Source of the DNA: Armatimonadota bacterium
Lineage (GTDB): Bacteria > Sysuimicrobiota > Sysuimicrobiia > Sysuimicrobiales > Humicultoraceae
Assembly (NCBI GenBank): GCA_052386995.1
Contig: JBQTJP010000209.1
Location: 1 to 25,107, forward strand
Direction: 5' to 3'
Length of the DNA stretch: 25,107 nucleotides
The notes under the pieces are model-generated. The model did no database searches. It was not told the DNA's origin and saw nothing but the letters and a program-made list of their open reading frames with translations. This document shows positions 15,391 to 22,992 of this stretch, in pieces. The translations under genes and the position numbers were made by a program. How positions within the stretch are numbered: the stretch's first letter is position 1; each line of letters starts with the position of its first letter.

Positions 15391-15509
15391 AACAGAAGAG
15401 AGGACCCGTCGCCACGGCCGCACCGCGCTGGCCGGCCGCTCTCCTCCCTATCCGAAGCACGCCTCGCGCAAGAATGAAGTGCACGCACCTCGGCGAAAGT
15501 AGAGGCCGA

Positions 15510-15968
15510 ATGGCTTCGGCGAAACCATTCCGCCGGTGGGAAGAAACGGTCGATGTGCTCGGCCGGAAGTTCGTGCTGCTCGTCGAAGGGCCTGTGCCGC
15601 CGGGGCGCTACGAAATCAGGATCTGGGAGGGCCGGCGCGGGCTCGGCCGGAGGCCGTATCTCAAAGCGCCCATCAAGGGACGCGACGCCGACGAGGCGCG
15701 GGAACGGGCACTGGAGGTTCTGCACACCTACGTCGGGCTGGAGCAGTTCCGCCGGCTGGTCGAGAAAATCGCGGCGCAGGTGGCACCCGGATCGCGCGTC
15801 GAGGTGACCGAGCGCGTCCGGGAGGTCACCATTGCGCTTGAGGGGCCCTACTCTCTGGAGAAGCCCCTTGCCCTGCCCCGCGACGAGATTCTCGATCCCA
15901 CAACCAGCGCAGACCGCCTGCGCAGCGTCGTGCGCGCACACCTTGAAGCCCACGCGGTCCGCCGATAG
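15510..15968 (+). CDS. Hypothetical protein divergent from lexA (152 aa)
   Basis: Occupies the gap between dif and the HAD gene, AGAGG before ATG, globular composition; no recognisable family. Confidence 0.7.
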   Translation: MASAKPFRRWEETVDVLGRKFVLLVEGPVPPGRYEIRIWEGRRGLGRRPYLKAPIKGRDADEARERALEVLHTYVGLEQFRRLVEKIAAQVAPGSRVEVTERVREVTIALEGPYSLEKPLALPRDEILDPTTSADRLRSVVRAHLEAHAVRR

Positions 15969-16004
15969 CTGCCGCCTGAGTGCCCCCGCGTATCGGTGCG
16001 CTTC

Positions 16005-16622
16005 CTACGCGAGGAATTCGGCGACGTTGCGCTCTATGTCGTCGACGGACGTGACATGGACGGCCTGCATGCCGACCGCCAGGGCGCCCGCCACATTCTC
16101 ACGCGTATCATCAAAGAACAGCATTTTATCCACACGTACGCCAATCTCGGTTGCGATCGCGTTGAAAGCCTCCGGCTCCGGCTTTCGCCTTCCCATTTCG
16201 CATGACACAAACACTTTACGGAAAGACCTCAATTCCTCCGCGTACTCCTTTTCAAACATCCGCTGATGAGTCGGGTTGGAGTTGGTGAAGGCGTAGAGCG
16301 GGACTGTGTCCTTGAGACGGCGCAACAGATCTGCTGTCTTCGGAATCTTCCCGACATAGATGGCGTTCCAGCCTTTCGCAAACTCGTCATCCGAGAGGTT
16401 GATGCCGAGTGACGATCGGAGAGACGCAAAGTATTCGCGGGCAGTGATCTCGCCGCGTTCGTGACGCTCAAAGGAGGCGTCGAACGAGAACCGTGACTTG
16501 ACAATGTCGATCTGCTCGTCAGCCAGCGCAGCCCAGGCCGCGAAGACCCGGTTGAAGTCTATCGCGATAACAATCCCACCGAGGTCAAACAGGAGGGCAT
16601 CAACGTCCCGGCGAGATCTCAC
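16005..16622 (-). CDS. HAD-family phosphatase (YihX-like, subfamily IA)
   Basis: Motif I FDLGGIV, motif II TNS, motif III RKP, motif IV FFDDTRENV..A..VGM. Confidence 0.9.
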   Translation of the reverse strand: MRSRRDVDALLFDLGGIVIAIDFNRVFAAWAALADEQIDIVKSRFSFDASFERHERGEITAREYFASLRSSLGINLSDDEFAKGWNAIYVGKIPKTADLLRRLKDTVPLYAFTNSNPTHQRMFEKEYAEELRSFRKVFVSCEMGRRKPEPEAFNAIATEIGVRVDKMLFFDDTRENVAGALAVGMQAVHVTSVDDIERNVAEFLA

Positions 16623-16801
16623 ACGACTTCGACGGTCGAGGCGCGCACCATACGCTCAACCTTGCTGCCGGGGCGCTCCTCGATGACCACGGTGAGCACG
16701 CCGTAGTCGGGCTCGACGTGGCGGACCACCCCTTCCTTCCCGTCGCTGCGCACCTTCACACCTTTCGTGATGGGCTTGCCGTTCCGGTCACGCAACTCCA
16801 T
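16619..16801 (-). CDS. Small 60-aa protein with KOW/SH3-like beta-barrel pattern
   Basis: GGAGG RBS before ATG 16801; MELRDRNGKPITKGVKVRSDGKEGVVRHVE...; stop overlaps the HAD start (GTGA). Confidence 0.7.
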   Translation of the reverse strand: MELRDRNGKPITKGVKVRSDGKEGVVRHVEPDYGVLTVVIEERPGSKVERMVRASTVEVV

Positions 16802-16835
16802 GGCGTTCGGCCTCCATTGAAACGCGTGTGGTGTC

Positions 16836-18062
16836 TTACGCCGCGGCCGGCCCGACGCGTTCGATGATCGTCGCAATCCCCTGCCCGACGCCGATGCACA
16901 TCGTGGCGAGACCGTAGCGCCCACGCCGCCTGGCGAGCTCGTAGACCAGCGAGGTCAGGATACGCGCGCCGCTGCAGCCGATCGGATGGCCCAGCGCCAC
17001 CGCGCCGCCGTTGGGGTTGAGTTTCTCCATCGGGATCCCCAGTTCTCGGACACAGGCAATCACCTGGGCCGCGAAGGCTTCGTTCAACTCGATGACGTCC
17101 ATGTCGTCGATCGAGAGTCCGGTCCGCTCGAGGACCTTGCGCGTCGCGGGGATCGGTCCCAGACCCATCAGCGCGGGATCGACGCCTGCGACGGCGGAGG
17201 CCACGATGCGCGCCTTCGGCGCCAGATCCAGTGCCGTGGCCCGGCCCGCTTCCATCAGCAGCACCGCGGCGGCCCCATCGTTGATCCCCGACGAATTGCC
17301 GGCGGTGACGCTGCCGCCCTTGCGAAACGCCGGCTTGAGCGCCGCCAGCCCATCGGGCGTGGTGTCTGGGCGCAGGTGCTCGTCGGTCTCGACGACGACC
17401 GGGCCGCCGTTCCGGCTGGGGATGACCACCGGCACGATCTCGTCGCGAAACCGTCCCGAGGCCACCGCCGCGGCCGCGCGCTGCTGGCTGGCGAAGGCAA
17501 AGGCGTCCTGCTCTTCCCGCGTGATGCCGAACCGCTCTGCGACGTTCTCGGCGGTCTCGCCCATGCTGTAGGGCGTGTGCGTCCCGGCCAGGCGCGGATT
17601 GACGAATCGCCAGCCGAGCGTCGTGTCGTAGGCGCGGACATCCCCGCGTGGAAACCCCTGGTCGGGCTTGGGCATGACCAGCGGCGCCCGCGTCATCGAC
17701 TCGACCCCACCGGCAATGAAGACCTCCCCCTCCCCCACCTGGATGGCGTGTGCCGCGGCTACGACCGCCTGCAGCCCCGACCCGCAGAGCCGGTTGACGG
17801 TCTGGCCGGCAACCGTGACCGGAAGGCCCGCGAGCAGCACCGCCATACGCGCGACGTTGCGGTTGTCCTCTCCGGCCTGATTGCCACAGCCGAACACGAC
17901 ATCTTCGATCGACGCGGGGTCGAGGTTGTTGCGGCGGACCAGCGCCTGAATGACCAGCGCGGCCAGGTCGTCGGGGCGCACGTCCTTGAGCGCTCCGCCG
18001 TACCGCCCCACGGGCGTCCGGACCGCATCGACGATCACGACCTGATGCATGCCGCTCTTCAC
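16836..18062 (-). CDS. paaJ: Acetyl-CoA C-acyltransferase (thiolase), PaaJ/PcaF type (start GTG 18062 or ATG 18050)
   Basis: [13 protein letters not shown] (PcaF/PaaJ signature), NRLCGSG catalytic Cys, NEAFA, GHPIG, CIGVGQG. Confidence 0.9.
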   Translation of the reverse strand: MKSGMHQVVIVDAVRTPVGRYGGALKDVRPDDLAALVIQALVRRNNLDPASIEDVVFGCGNQAGEDNRNVARMAVLLAGLPVTVAGQTVNRLCGSGLQAVVAAAHAIQVGEGEVFIAGGVESMTRAPLVMPKPDQGFPRGDVRAYDTTLGWRFVNPRLAGTHTPYSMGETAENVAERFGITREEQDAFAFASQQRAAAAVASGRFRDEIVPVVIPSRNGGPVVVETDEHLRPDTTPDGLAALKPAFRKGGSVTAGNSSGINDGAAAVLLMEAGRATALDLAPKARIVASAVAGVDPALMGLGPIPATRKVLERTGLSIDDMDVIELNEAFAAQVIACVRELGIPMEKLNPNGGAVALGHPIGCSGARILTSLVYELARRRGRYGLATMCIGVGQGIATIIERVGPAAA

Positions 18063-18085
18063 GTGCCCCCTCCCTCCCCAGTCAC

Positions 18086-19762
18086 TCAGGCATCCGAGAC
18101 CGTGCCGGCTATCCTGGTCCATCCAGCCGCCACCAGACGCCGCAGCAGCGGCGCCGGACGGTAGCGGGGATCGCCGGATTCCGCGAGCAATCCTTCGGCG
18201 ATCGCCAGGATGGCGTCCAGTCCCGCGGCTTCGGCCCGCTCGATAGGTCCCTGTGGATAGTTCACGCCAAGGCGCATGGCTGTGTCAATGTCGGCCGGGG
18301 TCCCGATGCCTTCCGCGAATGCCACGATAGCTTCGTGGCTGAGCATGCCTTGAATCCGCGGGAAGATTCCGGCGGCCGCGTCACCGACTTCGACCGCGTC
18401 CTTGCCAATCTCGGTCCAGAATGCCCGCGCGCGGTCAAGCGCCCGGCGGCCGGTGCGGAGGCCCGCCTGGAGCTCGACCACCTTGCGCTCGGCCAGCGGC
18501 GGCAGCGTGGCAAAGCCTACCACGCGCTCTGGGTGCGCCGCGCGCGCCGATGCTTCAGTGGTCGAGGCGCTCAACGTGAGCGTCAGCAGCAACGCGTCTT
18601 CTGGGAGGCGCGAGTCAAGGTCGGCGACGGCGCGCACCTTTTCGGCGATCGAGCCCGTGAACGTGTCAATGGCCACCGTAACCTCACCGGCACCACGGCG
18701 CCGTGATGCATCGGTCACTCGAGCGCCGGCTGCGCTCAGCGCTGTTCGCAGATCCGCGGCCAGCCGGTTGTGCCCTGCGATGTCACTGGATAGCGGCTGT
18801 TGGCCTCCGGGCGACGTCGAGGTCGGCGCCGCGACTTGTGGCGCTGTGACGCCGCCGGCGGTTCGCGGGTCTCCGGCCTGCACCGGCGCGGTGTAGTCAT
18901 AGAATCCCCGGCCGCTCTTCCGGCCGAGAAGACCCGCGTCGACCATGCGCTGTACGAGTGGATGCGGACGGTAGCGCGGGTCCTGAAAGAACGCGTTGTA
19001 GATAGAGGTCGTCACGGCCAGGCTTACGTCGAGCCCGATGAGATCCAGCAGTTCGAACGGCCCCATCCTGAACCCGCCGGCGTCGCGCATGATGCGGTCG
19101 ATCACGGCTGCGGGCGCCACGCCGTCCCCGAGCAGACGCACCGCCTCGCTGTAGAACGGTCGGGCGATGCGGTTCACCAGGAATCCTGGCCCGTCGGGGA
19201 CACATACCGGGGTCTTGCCGAACGTGCGGGCGAGACGCTCGGCGGCCTCCACGGTGGCTTCGCTCGTATGCTGTCCACGGACGATCTCGATCAGCGGCAT
19301 GATGGGCGGGGGATTGAAGAAGTGCATCCCGACGACCCGCTCGGGCCGCCGCGTCGCCGCTCCCAGGACGGTAATGGGTAGTGAAGATGTGTTCGACGCC
19401 AGTATCGCGCCCGCGTCGCACACCTCGTCGAGCCGTCCAAAGATCTCGCGCTTGAGCCGCAGGTCCTCGGGCGCCGCCTCGACGACGATCGTTGACGTGG
19501 CCAGATCATCCAGACGGGTCACCCAGCGCAGACGCGCGCGTATCGCATCCGCGGCCTCCTGGCTCAGGCGCCCCCGTAAGACGCGTCGCGTCACATCTTC
19601 GTCGATGCGCCGGCGTCCACGGTCCAGGATCTCGGTCGACACGTCCTGAACCGTCACCCGGCAGCCCGCGAGGGCTGCCACCTCGGCGATGCCGCCGCCC
19701 ATAGTGCCGGCGCCCACGACGCCGACCGCCGGCCGCTCCTCTTCGACCACCGGTTCGGCCAC
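18086..19762 (-). CDS. paaH: 3-hydroxyacyl-CoA dehydrogenase, PaaH-type tandem-domain form
   Basis: [51 protein letters not shown]; second C-terminal domain [15 protein letters not shown]. Confidence 0.9.
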   Translation of the reverse strand: MAEPVVEEERPAVGVVGAGTMGGGIAEVAALAGCRVTVQDVSTEILDRGRRRIDEDVTRRVLRGRLSQEAADAIRARLRWVTRLDDLATSTIVVEAAPEDLRLKREIFGRLDEVCDAGAILASNTSSLPITVLGAATRRPERVVGMHFFNPPPIMPLIEIVRGQHTSEATVEAAERLARTFGKTPVCVPDGPGFLVNRIARPFYSEAVRLLGDGVAPAAVIDRIMRDAGGFRMGPFELLDLIGLDVSLAVTTSIYNAFFQDPRYRPHPLVQRMVDAGLLGRKSGRGFYDYTAPVQAGDPRTAGGVTAPQVAAPTSTSPGGQQPLSSDIAGHNRLAADLRTALSAAGARVTDASRRRGAGEVTVAIDTFTGSIAEKVRAVADLDSRLPEDALLLTLTLSASTTEASARAAHPERVVGFATLPPLAERKVVELQAGLRTGRRALDRARAFWTEIGKDAVEVGDAAAGIFPRIQGMLSHEAIVAFAEGIGTPADIDTAMRLGVNYPQGPIERAEAAGLDAILAIAEGLLAESGDPRYRPAPLLRRLVAAGWTRIAGTVSDA

Positions 19763-19765
19763 GGG

Positions 19766-20560
19766 CTACCGGCCTTCGAACCGGGGCCGGCGCTTCTCCA
19801 AAAAGGCCGTCACGCCCTCGCGGTGGTCGGCCGTGTGTCCGGCGATCTCCTGCATATGGGCTTCGTACTCCAGCGCTGCGTCCAGCGGGGCGTTCAACGC
19901 GTAGTTAAAGGCGCGCTTGGTCAATCCGAACCCGCGGGTCGGTCCTTCGGCCAGGCGCCGTGCCAGTTCATTCGCCGCTGCGGCGAGCTCATCGTGTGGG
20001 ACAACGCGGTTGACCAGGCCAATCCGCAGCGCCTCCGCCGCGTCGATCGGGTCGGCGGTATACGCCAGCTCCAGGGCCTTCGCCAGGCCGACCAGGCGGG
20101 GTAGGGTAAACGTGCCCCCCGAGTCGGGAATCAGCCCGACACGCGAAAAGACTTCGATGAATGAGGCGCGATCGGAGGCGATGCGGAGATCCGCAGCCAG
20201 AGCCAGGTTGCAGCCCGCGCCGGCGGCGACCCCGTTGACGGCCGCGATCACGGGTTTCTCCATCGTTCTGAGTCGAAGAATGAGCGGGTTGTACCGTCTG
20301 CGCAGGGACTCGCCATAGGAGATCTCGCCAACGCCGGCCCGATCCCGCAGGTCCTGGCCCGAGCAGAAACCCCTCCCTGCCCCGGTCAGCACGACGCAGC
20401 GCACGTCCTGCGTGCGCTCGGCCAGACGCACGGCCTCGGCCAGATCCGCGGTCAGTTGCTCGTTGATCGCGTTGAGGACATCCGGACGGTTGAGCGTAAT
20501 CGTCAGCACGCCATCGCTAAAAACGGTCTCCACGGCCTGAAGTGTCGGGAGCTGCACCAT
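19766..20560 (-). CDS. paaG: PaaG-like crotonase (oxepin-CoA-forming isomerase family)
   Basis: RGFCSGQDL, YNPLI, AAGAGCNLALAAD, GLIPDSGG (PaaG catalytic Asp); lacks the two hydratase Glu residues. Confidence 0.8.
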   Translation of the reverse strand: MVQLPTLQAVETVFSDGVLTITLNRPDVLNAINEQLTADLAEAVRLAERTQDVRCVVLTGAGRGFCSGQDLRDRAGVGEISYGESLRRRYNPLILRLRTMEKPVIAAVNGVAAGAGCNLALAADLRIASDRASFIEVFSRVGLIPDSGGTFTLPRLVGLAKALELAYTADPIDAAEALRIGLVNRVVPHDELAAAANELARRLAEGPTRGFGLTKRAFNYALNAPLDAALEYEAHMQEIAGHTADHREGVTAFLEKRRPRFEGR

Positions 20561-20574
20561 GCCTCGTCCCTCCG

Positions 20575-21348
20575 CTAGCGACCTTTGAAGGTCGGTGGGC
20601 GCTTGGCCAGAAAGGCCTGGATGCCCTCGGCTTTGTCCTCCGTGCCAAACAAGAGATAGAATGCCTTGCGCTCGAAGTCGAGCCCGACCTCCAGCGTCGT
20701 ATCGAACGCTTTCAGGATCGACTCCTTGGCCAGGCGCACCGCCATGGGCGGCTTGGTCGCAATCTGCTGCGCCAGCTTCGTCGCTTCACTCAAGGTGACC
20801 TCATCGGGCACGACGCGCGTGACGAGTCCCGAGGCCGCGGCCTCGGCGGCGGTGATGTGCCTGCCGGTCAGCACAATCTCCATCGCGCGCGCCTTGCCGA
20901 CCGCTCGGGTGAGGCGCTGGGTGCCGCCGGCGCCGGGCATGATGCCGATGTTGATCTCGGGCTGCCCGAAGCGCGCTCCCTCCCCGGCGATGATCATGTC
21001 GCACATCATGGCCAGCTCGCAGCCGCCGCCGAGCGCAAATCCCCGCACCGCGGCGATGATCGGCTTGCCGATCTTGCGAATGCGCTCCCACTGCTGAAAT
21101 CTGTAGGATGCGAGCATGTCCACCGGGGTCGCCGCCGCCATCTCGTTCACATCGGCCCCGGCCGCAAACGCCCGCTCGCTGCCGGTGAGCACGATGCACC
21201 GCACGGTGTCGTCGCGGTCCAGTTCTTCCAGCGCCGCCACGACCTCGTCCATCGTCGCCCGACTGAGGGCGTTCAACACTTTGGGACGATTCAAGGTGAT
21301 GACCGCGACCGGGCCGTCAACATCGACCAGGATGTTCGTGTACGTCAT
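20575..21348 (-). CDS. paaF: Enoyl-CoA hydratase, PaaF type (start ATG 21348 or GTG 21351)
   Basis: AFAAGAD, GGGCELAMMCD and FGQPEINIG (both catalytic Glu), PGAGGTQRLTRAVGK; GGAGG RBS. Confidence 0.85.
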   Translation of the reverse strand: MTYTNILVDVDGPVAVITLNRPKVLNALSRATMDEVVAALEELDRDDTVRCIVLTGSERAFAAGADVNEMAAATPVDMLASYRFQQWERIRKIGKPIIAAVRGFALGGGCELAMMCDMIIAGEGARFGQPEINIGIMPGAGGTQRLTRAVGKARAMEIVLTGRHITAAEAAASGLVTRVVPDEVTLSEATKLAQQIATKPPMAVRLAKESILKAFDTTLEVGLDFERKAFYLLFGTEDKAEGIQAFLAKRPPTFKGR

Positions 21349-21385
21349 CACCGGGCCTCCTCGCCGTTCCCGTGCCGGATGACTC

Positions 21386-22339
21386 TCACCGCAGCGCGGC
21401 CCCGCACCGGCCGCAGAACGCGAAGTCGGCCGGCAGGGCGGCGGCGCCGCAGGCAGCGCACGTTCCGGTATGCGGCCCCCAGAGAAACTCGGTTGCGGTG
21501 CCGGCGGCCAACCGCCTGCGGATTCCCTCGTAGTCCACGGGCCGCTTTTCGAAGAACGCGCTGAGCCCCTCATGCGTTTCCGCGGCCCCGGCGTGCAGCG
21601 TCAGCCAGTCGCGGGCATGCCCGACCGTCAGATGCCACGACAGGTCACGCCAGAAGTTGAGCTGCTGCTTCGTGTACCGCGTGACTTCTGGAAGCTTCGC
21701 CACCAGGCGGTCCACCATGTCGTCCACCGCGCCGTCCATCTGCGCGCGGGGCACGATCCGGTTGACCAGCCCCCACTCCAGCGCCTGCGCGGCGGTGACT
21801 TCTTCACAGAGAAACAGCATCTCGCGGGCGCGCCGCTCGCCGATGACGATCGGCAGCCACTGCGTGGCGCCCGCCGCCGGCACGCTCCCCCGGGCGGGCC
21901 CCACGTGGCGAATGATCACGTCGTCGGCCGCGATTGCCAGATCGCACGCCAGATTGAACTCGTTGCCGCCGCCCACGGTCATACCGTTGAGGCGGGCGAT
22001 CGTCGGCTTGCCGATGTTGCGCAGGCGCTCCTGCGCCTCGATGAACGCGCCCATCCACTTCCAATAGTCCCGAGGACGGTGGAGAAACTGCTCCTGCTCT
22101 CGCAGATCGGCGCCTGTGCAAAACGCCCGGTCGCCGGCGCCGGTGAGCACGAGCACGGCGACCCCATCGTCCCACGCCGCATCTTCGAACGCTCTGCTCA
22201 TCTCGCGCAGTGTCTGGAAGTTCAGCGAGTTGAGCACCTCCGGACGGTTGATGACCACGGTGGCGCGCTGCGAGCCCTTCGTATACAGAATGCGCTCAAA
22301 GCCGAGCGACTGTGGGTCTTGCGGCGTGGGATAGCGCAT
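21386..22339 (-). CDS. Crotonase-superfamily protein resembling Oah/BamA/BadI/MenB C-C hydrolases, with C-terminal zinc ribbon
   Basis: GAGDRAFCTGAD, RLNGMTVGGGNE, VGPARGSVPAAGATQWLP; C-terminus CAAC-x12-CGRC. Confidence 0.8.
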   Translation of the reverse strand: MRYPTPQDPQSLGFERILYTKGSQRATVVINRPEVLNSLNFQTLREMSRAFEDAAWDDGVAVLVLTGAGDRAFCTGADLREQEQFLHRPRDYWKWMGAFIEAQERLRNIGKPTIARLNGMTVGGGNEFNLACDLAIAADDVIIRHVGPARGSVPAAGATQWLPIVIGERRAREMLFLCEEVTAAQALEWGLVNRIVPRAQMDGAVDDMVDRLVAKLPEVTRYTKQQLNFWRDLSWHLTVGHARDWLTLHAGAAETHEGLSAFFEKRPVDYEGIRRRLAAGTATEFLWGPHTGTCAACGAAALPADFAFCGRCGAALR

Positions 22340-22350
22340 GCGGAGCGCTG

Positions 22351-22926
22351 TTAGGGGACGATGATGACGTCGAATCCTTTGGCGCGCAGACGCTCCGCCA
22401 GCTCCTCTGCGGGAGCCCGGGTGCGGAACGCGCCCACGCGAACCTTAAATAAGCTCCGGTCTTTCACCACGTACGGACTGAACCCGGCCTCACGCAACGC
22501 CGTGACGCGCGCGTCGGCGTTCTGCCGGTTCGAGAACGCGCCTACCTGCACGCGGTGAAGCCTGCCTTCGGGCTGGACGTCGGGGCCGGGAGCCGCCACC
22601 GGCGGCCGCGGCGTCGCGGGAGCTGCGGGGGCGGCGGTGGGCGCCGGCGGCGGAGGCGACGGCGCTGCCGGCCGCGGTGTCACCGGCGGCGGCGGTGGTG
22701 GTGTTCCAGGACCCGAGGGGCCACCAGGTGGAGACGCTCGCGGCGCCGGCGACGCGACCAGCGGAACCGTGGGCGGCGGAGCCTCGGGCCCCGCAACCGG
22801 GGGTTGCTCGGGCGCCGTGGTGCTTCGCGGCTTGAGGAATGTCTCCCCGGCGATGTAGCCGACGATCAGAGAGATAACGAAGAGTGCGATGAGGACGACG
22901 CTGATCAAAAACGTGTTTGGTCGCAC
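22351..22926 (-). CDS. SPOR-domain peptidoglycan-binding membrane protein (FtsN/DedD-like architecture)
   Basis: N-terminal TM helix, long Pro/Ala linker, HRVQVGAFSNRQNA...FKVRVGAF..RAPAEELAERLRAKGF. Confidence 0.9.
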   Translation of the reverse strand: MRPNTFLISVVLIALFVISLIVGYIAGETFLKPRSTTAPEQPPVAGPEAPPPTVPLVASPAPRASPPGGPSGPGTPPPPPPVTPRPAAPSPPPPAPTAAPAAPATPRPPVAAPGPDVQPEGRLHRVQVGAFSNRQNADARVTALREAGFSPYVVKDRSLFKVRVGAFRTRAPAEELAERLRAKGFDVIIVP

Positions 22927-22992
22927 GGACGCCCTCTTCGGCGCGCGACGGTGAACTCCTTGGCTGGGCCGCCACTGGCGGTGCTGGCCGTG

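Noticed and set aside
15261..15953. 434-aa LexA with long N-terminal extension
   Set aside because: The extension runs through the lexA promoter, SOS box, dif and antisense of another gene; a good RBS and ATG sit at 15260.
22580..22820. GC-rich repetitive stretch as DNA repeat or CRISPR
   Set aside because: It encodes the Pro/Ala linker of the SPOR protein. No regularly spaced repeats were seen here or elsewhere in the window.
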